Of a stretch of DNA of 64,000 bases, positions 29,668 through 39,212 are shown piece after piece (positions within the stretch are counted from its first letter, which is position 1; the number at the start of each line of letters is the position of its first letter). A program made the position numbers and the translations under genes. The stretch is from Nitrososphaerota archaeon (lineage in GTDB: Archaea; Thermoproteota; Nitrososphaeria_A; Caldarchaeales; Calditenuaceae). The DNA is taken from the NCBI GenBank assembly GCA_038845265.1, contig JAWBQR010000001.1, positions 1-64,000 of the forward strand, given 5' to 3'. Under the pieces are notes generated by a model, which was given only the letters and a program-made list of their open reading frames with translations, had not been told where the DNA came from and ran no database searches.

Positions 29668-30448
29668 GCCTAATAGGATTTGAAGTAGCCCAAAGCATAT
29701 CAAAGTATGCCCTCGCCAAGCTTGTTAATCCAAGATGAGCAGAATAAATACCCAACGTTGGTCTTTTTTCCCTGGCTCCCATCAAAATCAACACAACTTC
29801 TGATGAATCACTAATTACTCCGCCACCAAAGCTTATATCCCTTGTTCTAACTTCATGTTCTTCACATAGTTTTTTTATAGAATGATATTCAACATCTTCG
29901 CTTAATAGTATCTGAATTGTTCCTCCCTTTTCTTTAATTAACGACGCAATAGGCAGAATAATTTGCTGAAGATCTTTGGGCATATAAGGCAACGCTATCG
30001 ATAGCTGATACGTAGCCCTTCCGATAACGTCTCTTATACTTTTCCATAAATTTTCTTCACCTCTAATTATCCATATTTCAGGTTTTTCCTTTTCATTTCT
30101 CCGCTCATAAATTGGGTTTAATTCTTGAACAATTACATTCATATGCTCAGCAAGTTCTAGCTCTATTCTGTTTTTTGTAATCTCTGATGCAATTTTCGGT
30201 GACTGCGGCCTATATCTTGTCGGACGCCCTCTTTCGATAATTATCCAGCCTTTCTCGGCTAATGAGTTTAGCGTATCATATATCTTTGATAGTGGTATCT
30301 CACTTTTTTTGCTGATTTCTAAAGCAACGGATTCGCCTATCTCTATTAATGCGAGATAAGCCCTCATTTCATAATCTGTAAGCCCCAATCCGTGAAAAGC
30401 CTTTATCAATCTTTCACTTACCATAAATGACATTTCCTCATTTTTCAA
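29660..30448 (-). CDS. TrmB family transcriptional regulator
   Basis: GLTDYEMRAYLAL..IYDTLNSLAEKGW..GRP. Confidence 0.9.
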   Translation of the reverse strand: MKNEEMSFMVSERLIKAFHGLGLTDYEMRAYLALIEIGESVALEISKKSEIPLSKIYDTLNSLAEKGWIIIERGRPTRYRPQSPKIASEITKNRIELELAEHMNVIVQELNPIYERRNEKEKPEIWIIRGEENLWKSIRDVIGRATYQLSIALPYMPKDLQQIILPIASLIKEKGGTIQILLSEDVEYHSIKKLCEEHEVRTRDISFGGGVISDSSEVVLILMGAREKRPTLGIYSAHLGLTSLARAYFDMLWATSNPIRPK

Positions 30449-30543
30449 TTACTTGATAATTTATAAAGTGTAAGTTTAGAGTTTATACATCTATCTCGGG
30501 GTTACAATAATAAATACTAGGTTTATCTCTGATTCTATTAGCT

Positions 30544-31617
30544 ATGAAAATAGTGGCTATTATCGGTAGTGGTACAATGGGACACGGTATAGCTCAAATA
30601 GCAGCAATGTCGGGCTACAATGTCATTTTGTATGGAAGAAGTTCAGAATCTATAGAAAATGCAATTTTCAAGATCAAATCAAGCCTTCAAAAACTACTCA
30701 AAAAAGGCGTTATTAGCGAAAAAGATGTAGAAAAAACTCTTGATAGAATATTGCCTACCACTTCTTTAGATGAAAAGATTTCAGAAGCATCAATTATTGT
30801 CGAGGCCGTAGTTGAAGACCTGTTAATTAAGCAAAGCATATATTTATCAATTGAAAAGATTGTACAAGACGATGCAGTTATTTCTACAACTACTAGTGCC
30901 ATACCAATAACAGAACTCCAAAAAAGATTAGACAATCCATCCAGAGTAATAGGTGCTCATTTTTTCAATCCTCCCCAAGTTATGAAATTAGTTGAAATAA
31001 TGGCTGGGAGATATACATCAATAGATACAATAGACAGATGTATTAATTTTGTAAAAAGCCTGAATAAGGTACCTCTTATATTGAACATGGAGATACCGGG
31101 ATATGTTGTAAATAGGATACTTCTAGAAATGTTTTTAACAGCTATAAGTATCGTTGAAGCAGGTGAAGCAACTCCAATAGAAATTGATTATATTCTTAAG
31201 AAGCGTTACGGAATACCTATGGGAGTATTCGAACTGGCTGATTTCATTGGATTGGACATAGTTCATAGCTCATTAAAGATATTAAACATGTTTGATAAGA
31301 AATTCCGGCCTTCTTTGACAATAGAAATGATGGTAAGTAAAGGTTTTCTCGGAATTAAATCTCAGCGAGGATTTTACGAATATCCAAGAAACAACAGATA
31401 TGAGGCTCATTATGTTCCAAGCATTGATAAAGAGCAATACATAGCCAGAATAATTTTTGCGGGAATAAACGCTGCAAAGGAATTGATAAACATGGGCGTC
31501 ACGAATATGGAATCCATAGACATGGCGGTCAAATTAGGACTAAATTTCAGTAAAGGAATTTCGGAGTATGAAAGAATGATTTATGATGGCCCAATCGAGG
31601 AATTAGTTATTTCATAA
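30544..31617 (+). CDS. 3-hydroxyacyl-CoA dehydrogenase
   Basis: GSGTMGHGIA, EAVVE, HFFNPP..LVE and PGYVVNR. Confidence 0.92.
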   Translation: MKIVAIIGSGTMGHGIAQIAAMSGYNVILYGRSSESIENAIFKIKSSLQKLLKKGVISEKDVEKTLDRILPTTSLDEKISEASIIVEAVVEDLLIKQSIYLSIEKIVQDDAVISTTTSAIPITELQKRLDNPSRVIGAHFFNPPQVMKLVEIMAGRYTSIDTIDRCINFVKSLNKVPLILNMEIPGYVVNRILLEMFLTAISIVEAGEATPIEIDYILKKRYGIPMGVFELADFIGLDIVHSSLKILNMFDKKFRPSLTIEMMVSKGFLGIKSQRGFYEYPRNNRYEAHYVPSIDKEQYIARIIFAGINAAKELINMGVTNMESIDMAVKLGLNFSKGISEYERMIYDGPIEELVIS

Positions 31618-31698
31618 ATTAAGATCATGCGGGGAGTGTAAAAAAGAAACTAATAAAAAGACATTCTAGCTATGAGGCATTGTAGGGGGATGAGATAA

Positions 31699-32499
31699 AT
31701 GAAAGACATAAACGAACAAAATAACTTAAAAGAATATTCAGATATTGATTTAAAGATTGAGTCACCCCTTGCTTGGATTATTTTAAACAGACCTCAGAAG
31801 CTTAATGCCATAACTCCAAGAATGATCATGGAAATTGAGGATGCTTTAAATAAATTGCGAGATAATAGCGACGTTAAGGTAATTATTTTCATGGGAAGTG
31901 GTGAAAAAGCATTTTCAGCGGGCGCAGATATAGCATTATTGAAGGAAGCTGACGATGCATCTATAAGGCATAATCTAACAACAAGATTGTCAGAAGTCCT
32001 TATGTTAATTGAGAAGTATCCAAAACCGATAATAGCTGCAATCAGAGGGTATGCATTAGGAGGAGGCTTAGAGTTAGCCCTTGCCTGTGATTTCAGACTC
32101 GCATCAGAAAACTCGATTATTGGTCTTCCAGAAATTAACTTGGGGCTTCTACCTGCTGGCGGAGGGATGCAGAGATTGATAAAGAATGTTGGAATAGCAC
32201 GTGCTAAAGAAATAGCAATGCTCGGAGAATTAATTGATTGTAATGAAGCAAAACGAGTCGGTTTGATAACTAAAATATTGAGTAATGATAATTTTGTAGA
32301 AGAAGTTAAAAAATTTGCATTAAAAATTGCGGAATTACCTCAACTTGCCTTGAAAGCAATAAAATTGTCCATCCTTGCCGAAAGTGAGCCTCCATATTTT
32401 TCTGGACAAATATTAGAATCCTTCGTCTTTGAACTATTAATTGCTTCTAGAGACTCAAAAGAGAGAATCAATGCATTTTTAGAACAAAGAAATAAATAA
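31699..32499 (+). CDS. Enoyl-CoA hydratase/crotonase
   Basis: LNRPQKLNA, FSAGADI, GGGLELALACD and PEINLG. Confidence 0.93.
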   Translation: MKDINEQNNLKEYSDIDLKIESPLAWIILNRPQKLNAITPRMIMEIEDALNKLRDNSDVKVIIFMGSGEKAFSAGADIALLKEADDASIRHNLTTRLSEVLMLIEKYPKPIIAAIRGYALGGGLELALACDFRLASENSIIGLPEINLGLLPAGGGMQRLIKNVGIARAKEIAMLGELIDCNEAKRVGLITKILSNDNFVEEVKKFALKIAELPQLALKAIKLSILAESEPPYFSGQILESFVFELLIASRDSKERINAFLEQRNK

Positions 32500-32552
32500 A
32501 GAGACGAATCGGAGTTTACATTAAGCATGTCTTTAACGACACATCTATTTCA

Positions 32553-33383
32553 TTAATCTGATTTGTTATTCCAATTTATTGACGTAAAATTAATTATTTC
32601 CTCGAGCAATTGATTATTTGAAGCGGCTATTACTGCATATCTTTCTTTTATCATCGGTTCTGTTAGAATAAATCCTGGTTTATCTATCACCCAACATCCG
32701 CCTACACGTTCAAGTATGAATAAAGCCGGGACTAGGTCAAATAATCTTAGTTCAGGAGTTAAGCAGACGAATGCATCAATTTTGCCTGTCACGATTTGAC
32801 AAATATCAAGTAGAGAAGACCCAAAATTTCTCACATACCTAATTTTTTGACAAAGTTTTAAAAAAGGTTCGATAAATTCTTTTTCTTTTTTTAATGGTCT
32901 GAAATCTAAAGACACTATCGCCTTTTCCAATCTGTTAACATCACTCGGAGAAGATACATCATTATCAATGTGTATATTTGTTCTATTGGCAAAGTATATC
33001 TGCCCATTTGGAATATCAATTACTCCTGCTGCAACTATGTCGCTATAGTTTATTCCTTCAAAAAGAGCGATACCAGAAGAGAAAAATCTTATTCCCCTTT
33101 TCATATTTGTACTCCCATCGATCGGATCGATTAGGACTCTGTATCTAGTATTTTTAATGTCCCCAATAATGCCTCTCTCCTCAGTCACAAAAGACACGTC
33201 CCGTAACTCTGAACTAATAGAATTAATAATCACTTCTTCAGTGACCAAGTCGCCCATCGTTGAAGTGTCTCCAAAGGCTCCTATGCATTTTTCTATACCT
33301 GCTTTACCTTCTTTCACAAGTCCAAGATAAGCATTTCTAGCTTTATTCAGGGCAGTCATTATTATTTCTTTTGAGTCTCTCAA
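32553..33383 (-). CDS. suhB: Inositol monophosphatase/FBPase family
   Basis: TEE, IDPIDGSTN and RLFD. Confidence 0.85.
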   Translation of the reverse strand: MRDSKEIIMTALNKARNAYLGLVKEGKAGIEKCIGAFGDTSTMGDLVTEEVIINSISSELRDVSFVTEERGIIGDIKNTRYRVLIDPIDGSTNMKRGIRFFSSGIALFEGINYSDIVAAGVIDIPNGQIYFANRTNIHIDNDVSSPSDVNRLEKAIVSLDFRPLKKEKEFIEPFLKLCQKIRYVRNFGSSLLDICQIVTGKIDAFVCLTPELRLFDLVPALFILERVGGCWVIDKPGFILTEPMIKERYAVIAASNNQLLEEIINFTSINWNNKSD

Positions 33384-33392
33384 TAGTTCTCC

Positions 33393-33698
33393 CTAAGTCT
33401 TCCTTTTAGCTAGTGCTCTTTTTATATATGATGCTAATATTGGATATCTTCTATTCAATTCAGCTTCGATTATTGACGCTACCTCTTCACTTATACTAAA
33501 TCTGGGCCTTGTATTCTTAAGATAATTCAAGAGGACTGAACTAAATGGTGAATAAAAAGCAACCCTCGGTTGCCTCCTACCTTGGTCCAATGATAGCGCC
33601 ATCGCCTTCTTATCTATTATGATTGCTGTCCTCTCACTCGGTTTCTCCCTCTCTCTCACCACGCTTTTTTTAGATTTATCCTTCCGCTTCTCACTCAT
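33393..33698 (-). CDS. segB: SegB-like DNA-binding protein
   Basis: RQPRVAFYSPFSSVLLNYLKNTRPRFSISEEVASIIEAELNRRYP aligns without gaps to the Sulfolobales SegB core as I recall it. Confidence 0.6.
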   Translation of the reverse strand: MSEKRKDKSKKSVVREREKPSERTAIIIDKKAMALSLDQGRRQPRVAFYSPFSSVLLNYLKNTRPRFSISEEVASIIEAELNRRYPILASYIKRALAKRKT

Positions 33699-34185
33699 GT
33701 TAACTATATGAAAAATCTAGTTAAAAGGTATATCTTATAAGATTTACAATATTTTAATCAGTTCAGAAACAAATGAAAAAGGGATCCAGACTTAATTATT
33801 TAACCGATTCGTAACGACATATGTTTAAAAGTTATATATTTATTCCCTCAATGCCAGACATTTGATAAGTTATTGATCGGTATCTCGATTTAAACTGAAT
33901 AAAATGTCGGTTTAACATATTTAAAGAACTGTGTTGTATTATTATTTCAATTTTAAGTGAAAAATTATATTCCTTAGCCGTATTGTTTAAGTCTTAAAAT
34001 GGTTAAAATTAAATGGTAAACATTATACGTTTTAACATTCTTTTAATTATCTGAATGGCCAAAACCTTCAACGATTTTTTAATCATCAGATAGTTAACTG
34101 AATTGTGGCTAATTTTGACGAAAAAAGTATCTGAGATACTGATTAAATCGAAAAATGAAAGTCTTCCTGATGATGGTTTTTTGGT

Positions 34186-34644
34186 ATGAGATATGCTTAT
34201 AAATCATTAATTAAAATTCTGGGGCTGAAGAGAATAGGAGTGAATAAAAAGGTAAATCAAGAAAGTTTAGAGGTAATTAAAACGGACACTATAATCGGCA
34301 AGCATGTATATGGGAATCTTTATGGATGCGATAAGAAGATGTTGTCCAACGTTGAATTATTGAAAAAATTGATAGTTGAAGCAGCCGAGATAGCTAAGAT
34401 GACCTTAATTGAAGTTAAGTCGTGGAAGTTTGGTGGAGAGAAAGGGGGAGTCTCAGTCATAGCATTAGTTGTCGAGAGTCACATCGCTATTCATACATGG
34501 CCCAACTATGAATACGCTGCTGTAGATGTCTTTACATGCGGTGAGAAAAGCGATCCAGATGAATCATTCGAACATATATGTAGGGTATTAGCACCTAAAA
34601 AGGTAGTGAAACATTTTGCAGATAGATCAGCTATACAATATTAA
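34186..34644 (+). CDS. Pyruvoyl decarboxylase of AdoMetDC fold, probably arginine decarboxylase
   Basis: ESH cleavage site; GKHVYGNLY, SWKFGGEKGGVS and FADRS resemble crenarchaeal ArgDC; a second paralogue lies beside speE. Confidence 0.8.
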   Translation: MRYAYKSLIKILGLKRIGVNKKVNQESLEVIKTDTIIGKHVYGNLYGCDKKMLSNVELLKKLIVEAAEIAKMTLIEVKSWKFGGEKGGVSVIALVVESHIAIHTWPNYEYAAVDVFTCGEKSDPDESFEHICRVLAPKKVVKHFADRSAIQY

Positions 34645-34712
34645 CGAGAGTCTTTCTATGAGATAAGTTAATTAATCATAAGTCTTCATCTCAAATCTAA
34701 GGGTGTCGTCAT

Positions 34713-35231
34713 TTGATACTTTCGGATTTTGACCTTTGGAACTACATTAGAAGCGGGAGACTTAGGATCGAACCACTTGAGCCAGACATAGTGAGAGAGA
34801 ATGGACTAGATTTGAGGATAGGACCAACAATAGGCAGATTAAAAAAGACTGATAGGATTTTTGATCCAAAAAATGGCAGCGTAGAAGAATTTTTCACTTT
34901 GGAGGCAGGTGATAGCTTTATCGTATATCCCCACGAGCACGTCCTTCTACATACAATTGAGTATGTTTCTTTACCTAGAGATATAATGGCCTTCGTTAAT
35001 CTGCGAAGCAGTTATGCAAGAATTGGGTTGACACTTCCTCCAACAATTATTGACGCAAATTTTGAAGGACAATTGACGATAGAGATGATAGGTGGAGAAT
35101 TTCCTGTTAGACTTTATTCAGGGGAGAGATTTATCCACGTGGTATTTGCTAAGCTTACTTCACCGGTAGAAAGACCATATTCTGGAAAGTATCAAAAGCA
35201 GCGAGGAGTGAAGCTGCCTATCTTTAAGTAA
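34713..35231 (+). CDS. dcd: dCTP deaminase
   Basis: MILSD, GLDLRIG, RSSYARIG, IDANFEGQLTIE and YSGKYQ. Confidence 0.94.
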   Translation: MILSDFDLWNYIRSGRLRIEPLEPDIVRENGLDLRIGPTIGRLKKTDRIFDPKNGSVEEFFTLEAGDSFIVYPHEHVLLHTIEYVSLPRDIMAFVNLRSSYARIGLTLPPTIIDANFEGQLTIEMIGGEFPVRLYSGERFIHVVFAKLTSPVERPYSGKYQKQRGVKLPIFK

Positions 35232-35234
35232 AAA

Positions 35235-36020
35235 TTATAAATTTATTTCCAGCATATCGTGTGCTACATAGATTCGACATTTATGTTTATCAGATATTTT
35301 CCTTACTAATTCTTCTTCTAAACCATTCCAAACTGGATATAGATGTGTAATTATAACTCTTTTTGGTTTTGCTAATGAGATTATCTCCGACAAGTCTACT
35401 TCTGATGTGTGTTCACCGATCATTGATTGCTTGGGGCAAGAACATTCATGAATAAGCAAGTCGGCATTATTGGCAAAGACTGCTATCTCGGGATTAAATG
35501 CTGTATCTCCAGAGTATACTATTACCTTATCTTTAATATCCAATCTATACATTATGCCTGATTCGTGTTTAACTTTTTTACAACTAATTTTTAAGTCACC
35601 TTGTTCTTTAATAAGATTTTCATCCATTTCGTAAAGCTCGACATATCGTAGGTATCCTATTATGTCGCTCAGGTATCTGAGATACTTGTTTTGATTAATT
35701 GCATGTTCTATAAAACTCATAAGTCCTATTGGCCCATAAATCTTCAAGGTTGGTGGGTTGATTGCAATCTTACCTTCTTCGTTATATGCCCTGAGCTTTA
35801 TAAATGGTAACAAGTCAGCAGTATGATCAATATGGAAATGGCTCAATAATATTTGTCCTATCTTCCAGGCATTTATTTTTGCACGTCGCATTCTTTCGAT
35901 TGTTCCTGGTCCACAATCCAGAAGAAACTTATCCACTCCTGCGTCTATGTATATGGATGTCGCAAATCGATTTTGGGTAGGCACTATTGACCCTGAACCA
36001 AGAACCACGACTTTTATCAT
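35235..36020 (-). CDS. MBL-fold hydrolase, RNase Z-like
   Basis: LGSG, DCG, SHFHIDH, YSGDT and THLY. Confidence 0.85.
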   Translation of the reverse strand: MIKVVVLGSGSIVPTQNRFATSIYIDAGVDKFLLDCGPGTIERMRRAKINAWKIGQILLSHFHIDHTADLLPFIKLRAYNEEGKIAINPPTLKIYGPIGLMSFIEHAINQNKYLRYLSDIIGYLRYVELYEMDENLIKEQGDLKISCKKVKHESGIMYRLDIKDKVIVYSGDTAFNPEIAVFANNADLLIHECSCPKQSMIGEHTSEVDLSEIISLAKPKRVIITHLYPVWNGLEEELVRKISDKHKCRIYVAHDMLEINL

Positions 36021-36024
36021 TTCG

Positions 36025-36531
36025 TTATATCTCTTTCGACTTTTTTACTACCTTTATTCCATAAATTTCTGTCGAGGGATATTCTCCTTTTTCATTCTTT
36101 TCATACTGTTTAATCATGTCCCAGATATTCAGTAGGCTATTCATGACTGCTGCGAGTGCCTCCATCTCGACGCCCGTCTTTGCATAAGAAATAACACGAG
36201 AAACTACTTTTATGCTAGAATTAACCTCGTCGATAAAGACTTCAACATTAACGTTGTCTAACAGTAATTGGTGACACAACGGAAGAAGTAAGGGGACATT
36301 TTTTGCACCAATTATACCTCCAATCTTGGCAACAATTATTGGATCACCCTTGGCAATTTTGCCGTTTTTTATCAGTTCAATAGTTGATTCTTTTAGCTTG
36401 ATATATCCCTCCGCTATGGCCTCTCTTCTCACGATACTTTTCTCTGATACATCGACTTGACTCATATGAAGCATTTCCTCACTATCAATAAAAAAGTTTT
36501 CCATATCTATTGAGAAATGTATTAGCATCAA
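36025..36531 (-). CDS. moaC: Cyclic pyranopterin monophosphate synthase
   Basis: VDVSEK, KGD, LLPLCH, KTGVEMEAL and WDMIK. Confidence 0.95.
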   Translation of the reverse strand: MMLIHFSIDMENFFIDSEEMLHMSQVDVSEKSIVRREAIAEGYIKLKESTIELIKNGKIAKGDPIIVAKIGGIIGAKNVPLLLPLCHQLLLDNVNVEVFIDEVNSSIKVVSRVISYAKTGVEMEALAAVMNSLLNIWDMIKQYEKNEKGEYPSTEIYGIKVVKKSKEI

Positions 36532-36650
36532 TGTTCATAATGCCTCACAAAGAGATTAGACCTGTTTTGAAGACTATTATATATAGTTTCACTTCGTCAA
36601 AATTATTCTTATCAAACAACGGTTTTTGTCTTAGTATAACCATTTTTTAA

Positions 36651-38276
36651 TTGAGATGGAGCAAAATGACTTCAGTTAATGACTTCGTTAAGTTCTTTCG
36701 TGAAAAATATGGTGAATTGGAAGGCGGTATAGAAATAGCGAGCATAATAGAGGAATTGATAAGTTATGCTGGCTTAAAGATTAGTGATGATTTAAGCAGG
36801 TTAGACATACGAGCAACTGAGCGAATCTTAAGAAAAATAGTTGAAAAATGTGATAACAAGAATGAATTAAATCTACGAATAAAGCTGGTTAAATCAATGC
36901 TAGAATTTATAGGCAGTCCAGCTGCCATTAAATTGACTAATAGGGTTAAGATTAACAAACTGGATCCTGAAGTCAGGAGGAAATCTTTTCAGCCTTTCGT
37001 AATTGGATATACGGTTGAAGAGGCAATTAAAGAGGCGGCAAGATGTTTTGCATGTAAAGAAGCTACATGTATAGCTGGCTGTCCTTTAAGGTTAAGCATA
37101 CCTGCATTTATGCAGGCAGTTGCAAATAATAAATTTGATGTGGCCAAACGAATCATAATGAGCACTAGTCCATTTGTTGGCGTATGTGGATACGCTTGTT
37201 TCCATCCATGCGAGTCTAACTGCCTTCACTCATTAATAGGCGGAGAAGGGCTCGCCATATCGCATGTTAAACGTGCGATTTACGAATACGCCCCCAAATT
37301 TGTTCCTGCACCAAAGCCTGCTACAGGGTTTAAGATAGCCGTCATAGGAGCAGGGCCTGCTGGATTAACCGCTGCATATCACCTCAGACTAGAAGGTCAT
37401 GAGGTAACCGTCTTTGATGAGTCATCAGTTATAGGAGGGATGATGATGCTAGGAATACCGAAATTTAGACTGCCGCGTAATGTAGTAAATGATGAAATAA
37501 ATATACTAAAAGAAATGGGAGTCATGTTTGTTAATGGCAAAAAATTAGGCGTAGATTTCAGCATTAGTGAATTATTTAATCAAGGTTTTCACGCTATCTT
37601 CATAAGTATAGGTGCAATGCAATCTCAGTTTGCAGGAATTCCCGGAGAAGATTTGGTGGGAGTTGTTCCTGCACTTTCGTTCTTAAAAAGGGTAAGCTTG
37701 GGATTTAGCGTAGAAGTACCAGCTACCGTCTCAGTTATTGGTGGAGGAGACGTGGCGATAGATGCCGCTAGGACAGCTATAAGACTTGGTGCTAATGATG
37801 TGAAGATATTATATAGACGATCTGAGGCTGAGATGCCGGCTATGAAGGAACATGTAGCCGAGGCTCTAGAAGAGGGTGTTAAGATTTTGTACCTGACAGC
37901 TCCTAAGAGGTTCATAGGCATAAATAGAAAACTCACAAGCATTGAGTGCATTAAGATGGAATTGGGCCCTCCAGATAGTTCAGGTAGAAGAAGACCAATT
38001 CCTGTACCTGGAAGCGAATATATAATCGAGTCAGAGATGGCCATAATAGCGATAGGGCAGTCACCAAATACTGAATTCCTGAAGAAGGAGGGCATAGAAT
38101 TGAGAGACGATGGGCGAATAAAGGTAAACGAAAAGATGGAGACATCAATTATAGGAGTATTCGCCGGTGGTGACGCTGTAAGAGGACCTGCAACGCTCGT
38201 AGAGGCAATTGCTGATGGAAAGAATGCTGCTATTTACATAAACAATTATCTTAAAGAACTTTCTAAAAAGGATTGA
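36651..38276 (+). CDS. GltD/SudA/NfnB-like FAD and [4Fe-4S] NAD(P) oxidoreductase with N-terminal extension
   Basis: EAARCFAC..CIAGCP, CGYACFHPCESNC, GAGPAG, GGGDVAID and FAGGD. Confidence 0.88.
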   Translation: MRWSKMTSVNDFVKFFREKYGELEGGIEIASIIEELISYAGLKISDDLSRLDIRATERILRKIVEKCDNKNELNLRIKLVKSMLEFIGSPAAIKLTNRVKINKLDPEVRRKSFQPFVIGYTVEEAIKEAARCFACKEATCIAGCPLRLSIPAFMQAVANNKFDVAKRIIMSTSPFVGVCGYACFHPCESNCLHSLIGGEGLAISHVKRAIYEYAPKFVPAPKPATGFKIAVIGAGPAGLTAAYHLRLEGHEVTVFDESSVIGGMMMLGIPKFRLPRNVVNDEINILKEMGVMFVNGKKLGVDFSISELFNQGFHAIFISIGAMQSQFAGIPGEDLVGVVPALSFLKRVSLGFSVEVPATVSVIGGGDVAIDAARTAIRLGANDVKILYRRSEAEMPAMKEHVAEALEEGVKILYLTAPKRFIGINRKLTSIECIKMELGPPDSSGRRRPIPVPGSEYIIESEMAIIAIGQSPNTEFLKKEGIELRDDGRIKVNEKMETSIIGVFAGGDAVRGPATLVEAIADGKNAAIYINNYLKELSKKD

Positions 38277-38350
38277 CAAGGTACAACATGTATGGGAAAT
38301 ATATTAAAATAGGCGAGATATCAAATTAAACTAAACCAGGTATCTCGATT

Positions 38351-39208
38351 ATGTATGGGGAAACTCTGATGCCTGATCGTCAAACTCCTTATCAATTAAA
38401 AATGAAGGTCATCGAAATATTTGATGAAATAGAAGGCGCTAAAACATTCAGGTTCGTTAATATAGATGATAAGCCCCTGTTCAAATACAATCCGGGACAA
38501 GCAGCAAAGTTGTATTATGATACTCCTCTTAAAAAGAATGATTTTAGACTCTATTCCATAGCGTCATCTCCACTTAGATATGAGTATTTCGAGCTTACAA
38601 TAAAAAGTGAGGGGGGAAGATTTGCTCCATATTTTCTTAGTCAAGCAAATGTCGGAGACATCTGTATAGTTGAGGGACCATTTGGACGCTTTCTCTCAAA
38701 ACCATTAGAAATGATTGAGAAGGGGCTTGTTAACATATTAGTATTTCTTGCGTCCTCAAGTGGCATAGTGCCTTTTAGATGCTTTATTGAATACGCAATA
38801 GACGCAAATCTTGACATTGAAATTTACTTATTCTATGTTAATAGAACTAGAGACGACGTTATTTATAGAAGATTAATTCCTGTACTTCTATCAAGTTATA
38901 GAAAACTTAATTTGATATTTAACCTGACTCGTGAGCATCAAGTTATGGAAAATGAGATAGCTGCACAAATACTATCAAATTATGAAAATTATCGAGACAG
39001 AGTTTCATTTTTATTTGGACGAAGATTGGAGTTTGAGGATATAAAGAAAACTGTAATAGGATGGGATGATGCTTATTACGCTATATGTGGCGGAGCGCGA
39101 TTCATCATTGGAGATAAAGAAAGAGATGAATTAGGAATGATGCAAAAACTAGAATTAGGAGGAATAAATAGGAAAAATATTGAGATAGACACTTATGGAA
39201 CTAAATAA
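38351..39208 (+). CDS. FNR-type FAD/NAD(P)-binding oxidoreductase
   Basis: PGQ, RLYSIAS, EGPFG, SGIVPF and ICG. Confidence 0.8.
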   Translation: MYGETLMPDRQTPYQLKMKVIEIFDEIEGAKTFRFVNIDDKPLFKYNPGQAAKLYYDTPLKKNDFRLYSIASSPLRYEYFELTIKSEGGRFAPYFLSQANVGDICIVEGPFGRFLSKPLEMIEKGLVNILVFLASSSGIVPFRCFIEYAIDANLDIEIYLFYVNRTRDDVIYRRLIPVLLSSYRKLNLIFNLTREHQVMENEIAAQILSNYENYRDRVSFLFGRRLEFEDIKKTVIGWDDAYYAICGGARFIIGDKERDELGMMQKLELGGINRKNIEIDTYGTK

Positions 39209-39212
39209 TTTT

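Noticed and set aside
33879-38350. Identical 12-mer GGTATCTCGATT at 33879 and 38339
   Set aside because: A single shared 12-mer is expected by chance in 64 kb
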